A stretch of 64,000 bases of DNA from Brevinema andersonii (GTDB taxonomy: Bacteria > Spirochaetota > DYKD01): assembly GCA_020722765.1 (NCBI GenBank), contig DYKD01000005.1:6327-70326 (forward strand), in the 5' to 3' direction. Every line of letters begins with the position of its first letter. The first letter of the stretch is position 1. Below, one piece after another: positions 9,500 through 18,505 of this stretch. The notes beneath the pieces were generated by a model. The model was not told the DNA's origin, ran no database searches, and saw only the letters and a list, made by a program, of their open reading frames with translations. A program made the position numbers and the translations under genes.

Positions 9500-10604
9500 A
9501 AGCGCATTCACTTTAGAGGATATCCGCTTCATGCGGATGGCTGTTGATGAATCCATGCGACACTGGGGGGAGACTTCTCCAAATCCTTCGGTAGGAACTG
9601 TCCTTGTAAAAAACAATAAAGTCATTGGAAAATCTGTCACTGCCATTGGGGGAAGACCGCATTCTGAAGCGGCATTACTCCAGAAACTTGGCAGGAAAGC
9701 TTTTGGTTCTACAATGTACGTCACTCTTGAACCCTGTTCGCATTATGGACGCACCCCCCCCTGTGCTGAGCTTGTTGTAAAAAGTGGATTGGCAAAAGTG
9801 TTTGTCGGTATGAAGGATCCTAATCCGTTGGTCAATGGGAAAGGAATTCGTATCATCAGGAACGCTGGTATTCCCGTGGAACTTGGGCTTCTTAAGAATG
9901 AATGTGCAGAAGTCAATGAATGGTTTTTTAAAAAGTTCCATTCGCAATATCCTTATGTTATTGTCAAGGCGGCTCTCTCCTGGGACGGGAAGATTGCCAC
10001 TCAGAAAGGTGATAGCAAGTGGATATCATCAGAAGAGTCCAGGGGGCAAGCTCATTTTTTACGCAGGACTGTGGATGCTGTGATTGTCGGGAAAGGGACT
10101 GTTCTTGCTGATAATCCTTCTCTCAATGTCAGGAATATCGTTTCAACAAGAAATCCGCACAAAGTTGTCCTTGACAGGGAAGGGGATCTGTCTGCATCAT
10201 TGGAAATTTTTAAATCTTTCAAAGGGGAGCAGGTTTTCTATTTCACTTCAAAAAAATGCAAGAACCGTTTTCATAAGGTATCCCATATCCGTCATATTCC
10301 TGTTTCTATCGACAGGAGAGGGCTCAATTTGAAAGAGATCCTTCTGGCTTTGAAAGCCGAGGGAGTTGATTCGATCCTTTCAGAAGGCGGAGGATCCTTG
10401 AACGCATCTTTGTTAGAGCAAGGTTTTGTGGATAAGGTCATATTGTTTTTGGCTCCAAAACTGATTGGTGGAAAAGAGGCGCCCACTTTTTTTGAAGGGC
10501 ATGGGGCTGATACTGTGATGCAGGCTTTGCGGCTTAAGGACATTTCAGTGACACAGATGGGGAATGACATGATGCTGAAAGGTTTTCTCAGGAGGTATGC
10601 CTGA
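9492..10604 (+). CDS. ribD: bifunctional riboflavin biosynthesis deaminase/reductase RibD
   Basis: CMP/dCMP-type zinc deaminase motifs (HSEAALL, LEPCSHYGRTPPC) plus a C-terminal RibG-type reductase domain. TTG start at 9492; alternative ATG 9531. Confidence 0.85.
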   Translation: MTKSAFTLEDIRFMRMAVDESMRHWGETSPNPSVGTVLVKNNKVIGKSVTAIGGRPHSEAALLQKLGRKAFGSTMYVTLEPCSHYGRTPPCAELVVKSGLAKVFVGMKDPNPLVNGKGIRIIRNAGIPVELGLLKNECAEVNEWFFKKFHSQYPYVIVKAALSWDGKIATQKGDSKWISSEESRGQAHFLRRTVDAVIVGKGTVLADNPSLNVRNIVSTRNPHKVVLDREGDLSASLEIFKSFKGEQVFYFTSKKCKNRFHKVSHIRHIPVSIDRRGLNLKEILLALKAEGVDSILSEGGGSLNASLLEQGFVDKVILFLAPKLIGGKEAPTFFEGHGADTVMQALRLKDISVTQMGNDMMLKGFLRRYA

Positions 10605-11188
10605 TGTTTACAGGCCTGATCCGAAGTCTTGGAACTGTGGGAAGCTTTACATCTGGAAACCTGGTCATCAATGTTGATAGAGGGTTTCTCACAGGCATGA
10701 AGACAGGCGACAGTGTCGCGGTCAATGGCACTTGCCTCTCTATCACTTCCATGACTGAAAGTTCTTTCACTGTTTTCGTTTCTGAAGAGACGAAAAAGCT
10801 TACCACTGTTTCTATTCTTGGTCAGGGCTCTACTGTGAATCTTGAAACACCCATGCGTCTTGGTGACATGCTGCATGGTCATCTTGTCCAAGGGCATGTG
10901 GATGGAATAGGTATGGTTGAGGAGTTTCACAGGAGCGGGCAGGGCTGGATCTTGAAAGTCAAATATCCAAAAGAACTGGATGCCTATATTGTCCATAAAG
11001 GTTCGATTGCAGTAAACGGGATAAGCCTTACAGTAGCAAAAAAATATTCACTGGTTTTTGAAGTGGCCATCATTCCAGAAACAGTGGATCGCACATCGTT
11101 GAAGACCATAAGGAAGAATGACAAGGTGAATCTGGAAACGGACATGGTTGCAAAATATGTGGAAAGCCTTTTGAAAACCGAAAGATAA
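10604..11188 (+). CDS. ribE: riboflavin synthase alpha chain
   Basis: 'MFTGLIRSLGTV' N-terminus and internal lumazine-binding repeat (GSIAVNGISLTV). ATG overlaps ribD stop. Confidence 0.85.
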   Translation: MFTGLIRSLGTVGSFTSGNLVINVDRGFLTGMKTGDSVAVNGTCLSITSMTESSFTVFVSEETKKLTTVSILGQGSTVNLETPMRLGDMLHGHLVQGHVDGIGMVEEFHRSGQGWILKVKYPKELDAYIVHKGSIAVNGISLTVAKKYSLVFEVAIIPETVDRTSLKTIRKNDKVNLETDMVAKYVESLLKTER

Positions 11189-11203
11189 GAAAGGCGGTCA
11201 CAT

Positions 11204-12160
11204 TTGATATTGGACAAATTCCTGAAAGGTGATGGACGGGGGAAGGCTTTTTTTCTTGCACCCATGGCGGGGATTACTCATAGCGCCTTCAGAAGGCTTG
11301 TATCTGATTTTGGCGGATATGATGCGCTTTTCACTGAGATGATTCATGGACGTGCTGTTCTCCACAGAAAAAACGAGGAATCACCGTTCACTAAGAAACG
11401 GGAATGTGAAGGGGATGTCATTTATCAGCTTCTTCTTACAGGAGAAGAGAATCTCTCAGCAGTTATTGACAATATAAACTCTATTAATCCTGCAGGGATT
11501 GATTTGAATGCGGCATGTCCTGCTCCAGAAGTCCAGAAATACGGTTCGGGCTTTGCCCTTTTTATGGATCTTCCCAGATTTGCAAAAGTGTTGGAATCAC
11601 TTAGGAAATACTGGAAAGGCTCTCTTTCTGTGAAATGCAGGTTGGGATTTTCTTCGGATCATTGGGAGCCGCATTTTTTCGAAGCCTTAAAAATCATTCG
11701 GAATTCGGATATTGATTTTCTGACTGTGCATCCAAGGTTTGCTGGCGAGAAACTGAAACGTCCCGCACGTTGGGATCTGATCCCTGAAATCAAGGAACAT
11801 TCAAAAATTCCATTGATCATCAATGGTGATATTTTTTCTATGGAAGATGTCCAGACCCATCCATCAACTTTAGGATTAGCAGATGGATATATGATTGGCA
11901 GGATGGCTGCTGTAAAACCCTGGATATTCAATGAATTCCAGGGCAAGAATCCGATCATATCCTATAGGGAAGTATGGAGCCGGTTCTATGATTATGCGCG
12001 TGAGGACCTTCCTCAAGAAATGCTTCTCCAGCGTGTAAAGGATTTTACCGCTTATTTTGCAAGGAATTTTTTCTTTGGGCAGGAACTGTTTGGGCAGATA
12101 CAGCATGTGAGTGACATAAGTACGATGAGAGACCGTGTCATGGCTTTTTTAGGGAAGTAG
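11204..12160 (+). CDS. dus: tRNA-dihydrouridine synthase
   Basis: 'LAPMAGITHSAFRRL' FMN-binding N-terminal motif and TIM-barrel pattern of the Dus family. Confidence 0.8.
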   Translation: MILDKFLKGDGRGKAFFLAPMAGITHSAFRRLVSDFGGYDALFTEMIHGRAVLHRKNEESPFTKKRECEGDVIYQLLLTGEENLSAVIDNINSINPAGIDLNAACPAPEVQKYGSGFALFMDLPRFAKVLESLRKYWKGSLSVKCRLGFSSDHWEPHFFEALKIIRNSDIDFLTVHPRFAGEKLKRPARWDLIPEIKEHSKIPLIINGDIFSMEDVQTHPSTLGLADGYMIGRMAAVKPWIFNEFQGKNPIISYREVWSRFYDYAREDLPQEMLLQRVKDFTAYFARNFFFGQELFGQIQHVSDISTMRDRVMAFLGK

Positions 12161-12304
12161 CCACAGCTTGTATTGAAACCTTCGTTACAAGGGATATGAG
12201 GTCTTTTTCTGATTAGTTGATTTTGCAGTGACGTATGGATATTTTTATTTTTCCTCTCGCAGGAAAATTGATTTTTTGCCGAAGGTAGGCTTGGAGATGT
12301 GACG

Positions 12305-13141
12305 ATGAATTCCTTGAAACAAAAACTTGTAAAATTAGATGGCCTTCTCAATGGTTATAGAAATGTGGTAGTCGCTTTTTCAGGTGGAACTGACAGCACT
12401 TTCCTGCTACATCGCGTTTCTAGGCTGAAGGGTGTTTCTGTTTCTGCTTTCATTGAGGCCAACGTTTTCTATCCAAATTGGGAAACTCATGAGGCTGTGG
12501 CTTTCTGTAAAAAACATAAAATCCCATTCCATGTGGCAAGGACAGATGTCTTGAAAAACAGGAAGATTGCTGATAATCCTCCTAACCGTTGTTATCATTG
12601 CAAGATAGGAATTTTTTCATCAGCCATTAGGCTTGCAAAAAAAAAATCTGCCATTGTTCTTGATGGAACAAATCTAAATGACATGAAAGATTATCGTCCT
12701 GGTCTTAAGGCATTGCAAGAGCTTGGTGTGAGAAGCCCTTTGAAAGAATGCGGTTTCACAAAAGAGGATATTAGGAAAGCCTCCAGACAGGCTGGGCTTT
12801 CTACTTGGAAGAAGCCCGCCATGGCATGTCTTGCATCCAGATTCCCAACAGGTGTGAAAATTGATGAAACCGGATTGAAAATGGTGGGAAAAGCCGAGTA
12901 CTATCTGTGGAAAAAGGGATTCTCACAGGTTCGTGTGCGTTGGGACAACGGATCTGCCAGAATAGAAATCTTACCTGAAGAGATGGATAAAGTCGTTGGA
13001 AAGGATTCAAGAAAAGCCTTGCTTGCAGTATTCAAAAAGATCGGATTCAAGAGAGTCTTCCTTGATTTGGAAGGTTATAGGATGGGGTCAATGAATTTTA
13101 AAAGTCTTTCAGAGGATAAAAAAGGAGCCAAAATTGGATAA
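12305..13141 (+). CDS. larE: PP-loop ATP pyrophosphatase, LarE-like (ATP-dependent sacrificial sulfur transferase family)
   Basis: 'VVAFSGGTDSTFLL' PP-loop. Size and context next to a LarB-like gene. ATG 12305 preferred (GGAG at spacing 8) over track GTG 12299. Confidence 0.6.
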   Translation: MNSLKQKLVKLDGLLNGYRNVVVAFSGGTDSTFLLHRVSRLKGVSVSAFIEANVFYPNWETHEAVAFCKKHKIPFHVARTDVLKNRKIADNPPNRCYHCKIGIFSSAIRLAKKKSAIVLDGTNLNDMKDYRPGLKALQELGVRSPLKECGFTKEDIRKASRQAGLSTWKKPAMACLASRFPTGVKIDETGLKMVGKAEYYLWKKGFSQVRVRWDNGSARIEILPEEMDKVVGKDSRKALLAVFKKIGFKRVFLDLEGYRMGSMNFKSLSEDKKGAKIG

Positions 13142-13886
13142 GTACAAGCTGAATGAACTGCTTGAAAAGTACAAAGCTGGTGAGATATCATCTGATGATA
13201 TGGCTGGTTTTCTTACATCCCATGATTATACGGAAATGAAGGATGTATGTATTGACAATATGCGTGGATTGCGTACAGGCTTTCCTGAAGTGATTTACGG
13301 CGCAGGCAAGACTGCAGAGCAGATAAACACGGCTATCAAAAAAATGAGAGGTTCAAATTCAGTCATACTGATCACACGTTTGGAAGAATCTGTTGCTGCT
13401 AAAGTCATGGCCGAAAATCCGGATGCAACAGAGAACAGGAAAGCACGCACAATCAGGATAGGAAAACCCGTTCAAATGAAAGGAAAGGTCTCAGTTGTAT
13501 GCGCAGGCACGAGTGATCTTTATTGTGCTGAAGAGGCCGTTGAAACTGTGGAAGCCATGTCTGTGAATGTTTTGCGTGTTTATGATGTAGGAGTTGCAGG
13601 ACTTCACAGGTTATTGGACAGGGTGGAAGAACTGAAGAATTCAGATGCTCTTGTTGTTGTTGCAGGGATGGAAGGAGCTCTCCCCTCAGTGGTAGCTGGT
13701 CTGGTTGATGTGCCAGTCATTGCAGTTCCTACAAGCGTAGGTTATGGGGCGAGCTTTCATGGTCTGGCAGCCCTTCTTGCCATGCTCAACTCTTGCGCTG
13801 CAGGGATTTCTGTTGTGAATATTGATAATGGTTTTGGAGCTGGTTACCAAGCTGCATTGATTGCAAAAAAGAGGGATAAATCATGA
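13134..13886 (+). CDS. larB: LarB-like (PurE-fold) nickel-pincer cofactor biosynthesis carboxylase/hydrolase
   Basis: C-terminal PurE-like domain with 'VVCAGTSDLYCAEEA' and Gly-rich 'VVVAGMEGALPSVVAG'. TTG start with AAAAAGGAG RBS. Overlaps larE end. Confidence 0.65.
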   Translation: MDKYKLNELLEKYKAGEISSDDMAGFLTSHDYTEMKDVCIDNMRGLRTGFPEVIYGAGKTAEQINTAIKKMRGSNSVILITRLEESVAAKVMAENPDATENRKARTIRIGKPVQMKGKVSVVCAGTSDLYCAEEAVETVEAMSVNVLRVYDVGVAGLHRLLDRVEELKNSDALVVVAGMEGALPSVVAGLVDVPVIAVPTSVGYGASFHGLAALLAMLNSCAAGISVVNIDNGFGAGYQAALIAKKRDKS

Positions 13887-13945
13887 TCATATTGCATTAT
13901 TATTGGAAATATTGATAAAGTTTTAATTTCCCTGGAGGTCTCCTG

Positions 13946-14290
13946 ATGTCTACCCCCGCGTTTCTTGCTCCCAAAGCTCCTGTCATGTTGCATGGAGCTG
14001 ATTATAATCTTGAACAGTGGCTTGATTTTCCGGATGTCCTAAAAGAGGATATTAGGTTGATGAAACTTTCCAATATGAATGTCATGCACCTGGGCATTTT
14101 TCCCTGGTTAAAGCTTGAACCAGAAGAAGGAAAATTTGATTTCTCTTGGTTGGACAAGGTGATGGATTCCCTGTTTGAGAACGGGATTTTCACGGTTCTT
14201 GCGACTCCAAGTGGTGCCAGACCTGCCTGGATGGCTGAAAAGTACCCAGAAGTGCTGAGAGTGAACGGGATCAGACAGTGTCGATTATTT
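13946..14290 (+). pseudogene. N-terminal fragment (about 115 aa) of a GH42 beta-galactosidase; truncated remnant
   Basis: Translation 'HGADYNLEQWLDFPDVLKEDIRLMKLSNMNVMHLGIFPWLKLEPEEGKFDFSWLDKVMDSLFENGIFTVLATPSGARPAWMAEKYPEVL' matches the GH42 N-terminus. Reading frame then degenerates into T-homopolymer-rich junk (T9/T10 runs) and stops. Full GH42 enzymes are about 650-700 aa. Confidence 0.75.
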
Positions 14291-14489
14291 TCAATTTTTT
14301 TTTCTAAAAGGTTGACTTTTGCTTGGAGCATACTTATTTTTTTTTTAATAACGATAAAATATCCTGTTCGTTTTGCATCTTGATGTAATTGGAGTGACTG
14401 GTTTTTGCAATGGAGATACGCTTTGGATTTGAAGAATCAAATGTGTGTTGCTTTTAGGATTAATCAATTGTTATGATAGGAGGGTGGGT

Positions 14490-15161
14490 ATGTCAAACAT
14501 TGCATTATTGCATCTGTTGGTTGTCATGTTGCCTTTTTTGATTTTCGCTGATGAGGCGGACATAGTGTATAGCGTTCCGTCTGATGATAAGGTGGTTGCT
14601 CTTACTTTTGATGATGGGCCAAATCCAGAAGTAACACAAGGGTTCCTGGAAGTTTTAGGGAAAGAAGATATAAAAGCCACTTTTTTCTTAATTGGGAATA
14701 GGGCGAGACAGAATAAGTCTCTTGTGAAGGCATTATTTGATGCCGGGCATGAAATAGGGAATCATACTATGGATCATCTGAATCTTGCCCAATTAGATGA
14801 TAAGCGAAAGGTGAAGTTGCAGATTTCGAAGTTGCAGGCTTTGATAAAAAATATAACGGGCAAGAAACCTGATGTTTTTCGTGCTCCGTTCCTATCTTAT
14901 GATGATCATGTTTTTTTAGTTCTTAAGAATGAATCTCTCAGACCCATAAATGCATCTGTTGACACAAAAGATTGGATGGAGACCATGACTTCTGATGAAA
15001 TAGCCAATACGGTCATGGCTAAGATACATCCTGGTGCCATAGTTTTAATGCATGAACAAGCTCGTACTTTGAATGCCTTGCCTAAAATGATTTCCCAATT
15101 AAAGGAACAAGGGTATGAATTTTTGACTGTGACTGAACTTATAGGGCGAAAAAGGGAATAG
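14490..15161 (+). CDS. polysaccharide deacetylase (NodB-homology, CE4-like), secreted
   Basis: 'ALTFDDGPNPEV...ATFFLIGN...GHEIGNHTMDH' NodB motifs. Signal peptide. Start at ATG 14490 with GGAGGG RBS. Confidence 0.8.
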   Translation: MSNIALLHLLVVMLPFLIFADEADIVYSVPSDDKVVALTFDDGPNPEVTQGFLEVLGKEDIKATFFLIGNRARQNKSLVKALFDAGHEIGNHTMDHLNLAQLDDKRKVKLQISKLQALIKNITGKKPDVFRAPFLSYDDHVFLVLKNESLRPINASVDTKDWMETMTSDEIANTVMAKIHPGAIVLMHEQARTLNALPKMISQLKEQGYEFLTVTELIGRKRE

Positions 15162-15298
15162 AAACAATACCTTGACACATGGTGACAACGTACCGGCATA
15201 CCCGAAGTTTTGCGTCCGCCGTCAGGCGGTGGCATGTGTTTTTGCGATGGCTGCGAGCAAAAACCATGACAAGCAAAATTTGGGTGAGCGAAACCCTC

Positions 15299-15694
15299 CT
15301 AAATTAATTTTAGTCCGTATTTTGTATATTTTTCAAAAGTATCGTCTTGTGACATTAAAAAATAGCCCTTTTCAATTGCATACCAAATAATCATTCTATC
15401 AAATGGATCTTTATGGATATCTCTTGGTAATTTATAAAAAGATGATAATGTTTCATAATCAATATTTTCAATTGAAAAACCAGATTTTAAAATTACAGTT
15501 GGAATTTTATCAGGAAAAATTCCATTCAACTTAAGTTTGCCAATAGAGTATTTTAAGCTTATTTCAAATAATGAAATTGAACAACATACAATTTCATTAT
15601 CCGTAGCTTGTAAAACTTCTAATTCATTTTGAGATAGCTTTGAATCATCAAAAATTGAATGAAGTATGATTTGAGTGTCAATTAGTACTTTCAT
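15299..15694 (-). CDS. vapC: PIN-domain toxin (VapC-like)
   Basis: 'MKVLIDTQIIL...' with acidic PIN residues. Size 131 aa. 4-nt overlap with the upstream antitoxin gene. Confidence 0.7.
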   Translation of the reverse strand: MKVLIDTQIILHSIFDDSKLSQNELEVLQATDNEIVCCSISLFEISLKYSIGKLKLNGIFPDKIPTVILKSGFSIENIDYETLSSFYKLPRDIHKDPFDRMIIWYAIEKGYFLMSQDDTFEKYTKYGLKLI

Positions 15695-15927
15695 AACCCC
15701 AAAAGTTCATTATCAGTAATTTTAAAACCACTGGTTATTTTATATGACGCTTTGCCTTTTAATAAACCAAGATTCCGTTTTTTATTAAGATATTTTTTGT
15801 ATGGAATTATAACTCCAAGTTTTTCGTGGCTTTTTCCATATTCTATAGCGATGGTTTCACCATTTCTCACATTTTTCACAACATTAGAAAAATTTGCTTT
15901 TAAAAGGGCTATTGTCATTGTTTTCAT
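15691..15927 (-). CDS. phd: Phd/YefM-family antitoxin
   Basis: 'MKTMTIALLKANFSNVVKNVRNGETIAIEYGKSHEKLGVIIPYKKY' matches the Phd/YefM fold signature. Start set at internal Met; the track ORF extends 39 codons upstream through AT-rich sequence. Confidence 0.65.
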   Translation of the reverse strand: MKTMTIALLKANFSNVVKNVRNGETIAIEYGKSHEKLGVIIPYKKYLNKKRNLGLLKGKASYKITSGFKITDNELLGL

Positions 15928-15988
15928 GTCTAAAAGATAATATTTAAAGGACATGTTGTCAAGTAAAATTAAAAATAAAAAAAACAGC

Positions 15989-16034
15989 TTGACTTCTTTT
16001 GTAATGTTTTTGTATATTAGAAATAGACTAAAAT
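15989..16034 (+). promoter_or_regulatory. sigma70-like promoter (TTGACT-N18-TATATT) plus conserved downstream box for AraR-like regulator 1
   Basis: -35 TTGACT 15989-15994, -10 TATATT 16013-16018, followed by AGAAATAGACTAAAAT. The whole element is duplicated upstream of the paralog at 17294-17338. Confidence 0.55.
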
Positions 16035-16047
16035 GTGGAGTCAAGCT

Positions 16048-17178
16048 ATGATAAAACCAGAATTAGATTTTTCTTCAGAAATTCCCTTATATATGCAGTT
16101 GACTGAAATATTGACCACTGAGTTACTAACGAAGGGCTTTAAAGTGAATGATCCATTTTATACTGAAAAGGAATTGTTATCTCGATTTAATACCAGCTCT
16201 ATCACCATTAAAAGGGCAATGAGTATATTGGTAAAAAGGGATTTGATATATAGGCAGAGGAAGAAAGGCTCTTTTGTAAAATCACTGCAAATTGCAGAAA
16301 ATGGCAAACTGATTGGAAAAGATTTGGTAAAAACCATATTGTTCATTTTCCCGAAAACTGTCAAATATGCGGAAGTCAATTTTTTCTATTCATCCCTTTT
16401 GATGCAGATGGAGCTATCTTTAAGTTTGCGGAAATTCCGTTCTGAAATCTATACGAGCGGAGTTTCTGAAATCAAGGATGATGAAATTTTTTCCAGGATC
16501 AAGGAGAAAAAGTTTGCAGGAATTTTTCTCATAGGTGGTAGTTTCAGCAAAAAAATCGTAGATAGGGTCAGATTTTCAGGGTTACCTGCGGTCGTCGTGG
16601 ATAGTTTGGATTTATGGAGCGATTGTTATTCTATAAATATTGAAAACCTTTTAAGTGCCAAGACCATGACTGAATATCTGATACAGAATGGACATAAGGA
16701 CATTCTCTTTTTCGGGGTGAGGAATCATCCAATAAGCGCGGAAAGAGAGACCGGATTTCTTTCGGCATTAAGAGAGGCTGGTTTGGACGCTCATCCTGAC
16801 CGTATTCGCAGATGGAAGGGGTTTGAATTTGAAGGTGGTACGAGCCTCATGCAGACTGTTTTGGATGAGAGAAAAATTTTACCGACCGCTATTTTTGCGG
16901 CAAATGATGCGATGGCTATTGCTGCCATGAAAACAGCTATGATGAATGGACTGACGGTTCCCAATGATATCAGTTTTGTCGGGTTTGATAATGTTCCTAT
17001 GGCTTCTCAAATGCATCCTGGTCTGACAACGATGGATGTCCCTCTCGAAGAGATCGGGAAAAATTCAATCAGGCTGTTATTTGGTCAGATGGACAACGTT
17101 AAAATCCAGGAGCCTAATATCAGGATTAGGTCAAGATTGGTAGAAAGGGAATCAGTAAAAAAAATGGGTAACGTTTGA
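16048..17178 (+). CDS. AraR-type transcriptional regulator (GntR-family winged HTH + LacI/GalR-like sugar-binding domain), paralog 1
   Basis: N-terminal GntR HTH ('ELLSRFNTSSITIKRAMSILVKRDLIYRQRKKGSFV') and C-terminal periplasmic-binding-protein fold ('AIFAANDAMAIAAMK...ISFVGFDN'). Start ATG 16048 by analogy with the paralog (GGAG + 7 nt). Confidence 0.75.
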   Translation: MIKPELDFSSEIPLYMQLTEILTTELLTKGFKVNDPFYTEKELLSRFNTSSITIKRAMSILVKRDLIYRQRKKGSFVKSLQIAENGKLIGKDLVKTILFIFPKTVKYAEVNFFYSSLLMQMELSLSLRKFRSEIYTSGVSEIKDDEIFSRIKEKKFAGIFLIGGSFSKKIVDRVRFSGLPAVVVDSLDLWSDCYSINIENLLSAKTMTEYLIQNGHKDILFFGVRNHPISAERETGFLSALREAGLDAHPDRIRRWKGFEFEGGTSLMQTVLDERKILPTAIFAANDAMAIAAMKTAMMNGLTVPNDISFVGFDNVPMASQMHPGLTTMDVPLEEIGKNSIRLLFGQMDNVKIQEPNIRIRSRLVERESVKKMGNV

Positions 17179-17293
17179 TAAAAAAGTCAGATATTTTGAA
17201 CTTCAAGTAGCCATTCCTTTTTTTTGTCTTAATCTGCGTCTTGCTTCAGGAGAAAGTTTCAGTCTGTTTTTTTAGCTTTTTTTGAAAAAAGGC

Positions 17294-17338
17294 TTGACTT
17301 TTTTTATTATATTTAGTATATTACAAATAGACTAAAAC
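17294..17338 (+). promoter_or_regulatory. sigma70-like promoter (TTGACT-N17-TATATT) plus conserved box for AraR-like regulator 2
   Basis: -35 17294-17299, -10 17317-17322, then ACAAATAGACTAAAAC. Near-identical to the element at 15989-16034. Confidence 0.55.
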
Positions 17339-17351
17339 TTGGAGTAACTGT

Positions 17352-18470
17352 GTGACAAATTCTGATTTAGATTTTTCTTCAGAAGTTCCATTATACATGC
17401 AGTTAACAGAGATATTGACTTCTGAAATCATGAATAAAGGCTTTAAAGAGCATGATTCATTTTACACTGAAAAGGAATTGCAATCTAAATTTGATATTAG
17501 CCCTATCACCATCAAAAGGGCAATGAGCATTTTGGTTGATAGAAATCTTATTTACAGACGGAGAAAAAAAGGTTCTTTTATCAAATCATTGCAAGTTTCA
17601 AATCATAAGGGATCTGCAAAAGAGTCAGTAAAGACCATTCTTTTTCTTTTCCCTAAAACTGTCAAACATGCTGAAGTCAACTTTTTCTATTCATCTCTTC
17701 TGATGCAAATGGAATTGGCATTGAGCTTGCGGAAATATCGTTCTGAAATTCATACAAGCGGTATTTCTGAGATCAAAGATTCTGAATTATATTTAAAGAT
17801 CAAGGAGAAGAACATTGAGGGTATTTTCCTTATTGGAGGAAGTTTCAGTACGAAAATCATTGATTCAGTGAGGTTTTCGGGAATCCCTTCAGTCATAGTC
17901 GATTGTTTGGATTCATGGTCTGGTTGTTATTCTGTGAATGTTGAAAATTTCCTAAGTGCTAAGAAAATGACCGAATATCTGATACAGAATGGTCACAAGG
18001 ATATTGTTTTTTTGGGGGTTAAGAATCATCCTATTAGTGCTGAGCGAGAAACTGGTTTTCTCGCAGCATTGGAAGAGGCTGGTCTTGATGCCGATCCTGA
18101 TAAGATTCTCAGATGGAAAGGGTTTGAATTTGAGGGTGGGGCAAGCCTCATGCAATCTGTTTTGGATACGAAGAGGAATTTGCCATCTGCTGTTTTTGCT
18201 GCCAATGATGCCATGGCTATTGCGGCTATGAAAGTTGCTATGACGCATGGGTTGGTCATTCCCCGGGATATTAGTTTTGTCGGGTTTGATAATCTTCCTA
18301 TGGCTGCACAGATGCACCCTAGTTTGACTACCATGGATGTGGTACTGGAGAATATGGGTAAACACGCAGTAGAACTGATGGTGAACCAACTCGCAAATGT
18401 TGTTCCTGCAGAGCGAATGGTCAGAATAGACCCACAATTAGTTGAAAGAGAATCAGTGCTTAAGAAGTGA
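17352..18470 (+). CDS. AraR-type transcriptional regulator, paralog 2
   Basis: Collinear with paralog 1 (by eye about 70% identical). GTG start 7 nt after GGAG. Confidence 0.75.
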   Translation: MTNSDLDFSSEVPLYMQLTEILTSEIMNKGFKEHDSFYTEKELQSKFDISPITIKRAMSILVDRNLIYRRRKKGSFIKSLQVSNHKGSAKESVKTILFLFPKTVKHAEVNFFYSSLLMQMELALSLRKYRSEIHTSGISEIKDSELYLKIKEKNIEGIFLIGGSFSTKIIDSVRFSGIPSVIVDCLDSWSGCYSVNVENFLSAKKMTEYLIQNGHKDIVFLGVKNHPISAERETGFLAALEEAGLDADPDKILRWKGFEFEGGASLMQSVLDTKRNLPSAVFAANDAMAIAAMKVAMTHGLVIPRDISFVGFDNLPMAAQMHPSLTTMDVVLENMGKHAVELMVNQLANVVPAERMVRIDPQLVERESVLKK

Positions 18471-18505
18471 ATAGATTGATATTTTTATGGATTTTGGAGG
18501 TTTTC

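Noticed and set aside
9113-9724. 203-aa minus-strand ORF
   Set aside because: Antisense to the hypothetical gene and the ribD junction. No supporting signals.
10292-10996. 234-aa minus-strand ORF overlapping ribD/ribE
   Set aside because: Entirely inside well-supported ribD and ribE coding regions on the opposite strand. No RBS and no recognisable protein.
15216-15245. Short hairpin CCGCC-GTCA-GGCGG followed 5-6 nt later by TGTGTTTTTG, a possible terminator for the deacetylase gene
   Set aside because: The stem is only 5 bp and the T-run is not adjacent, so this is too weak to call. No equivalent structure exists for the convergent vapC.
17952-18437. 161-aa and 102-aa minus-strand ORFs inside the AraR-like paralog 2
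   Set aside because: Antisense to a conserved, paralog-supported coding region.
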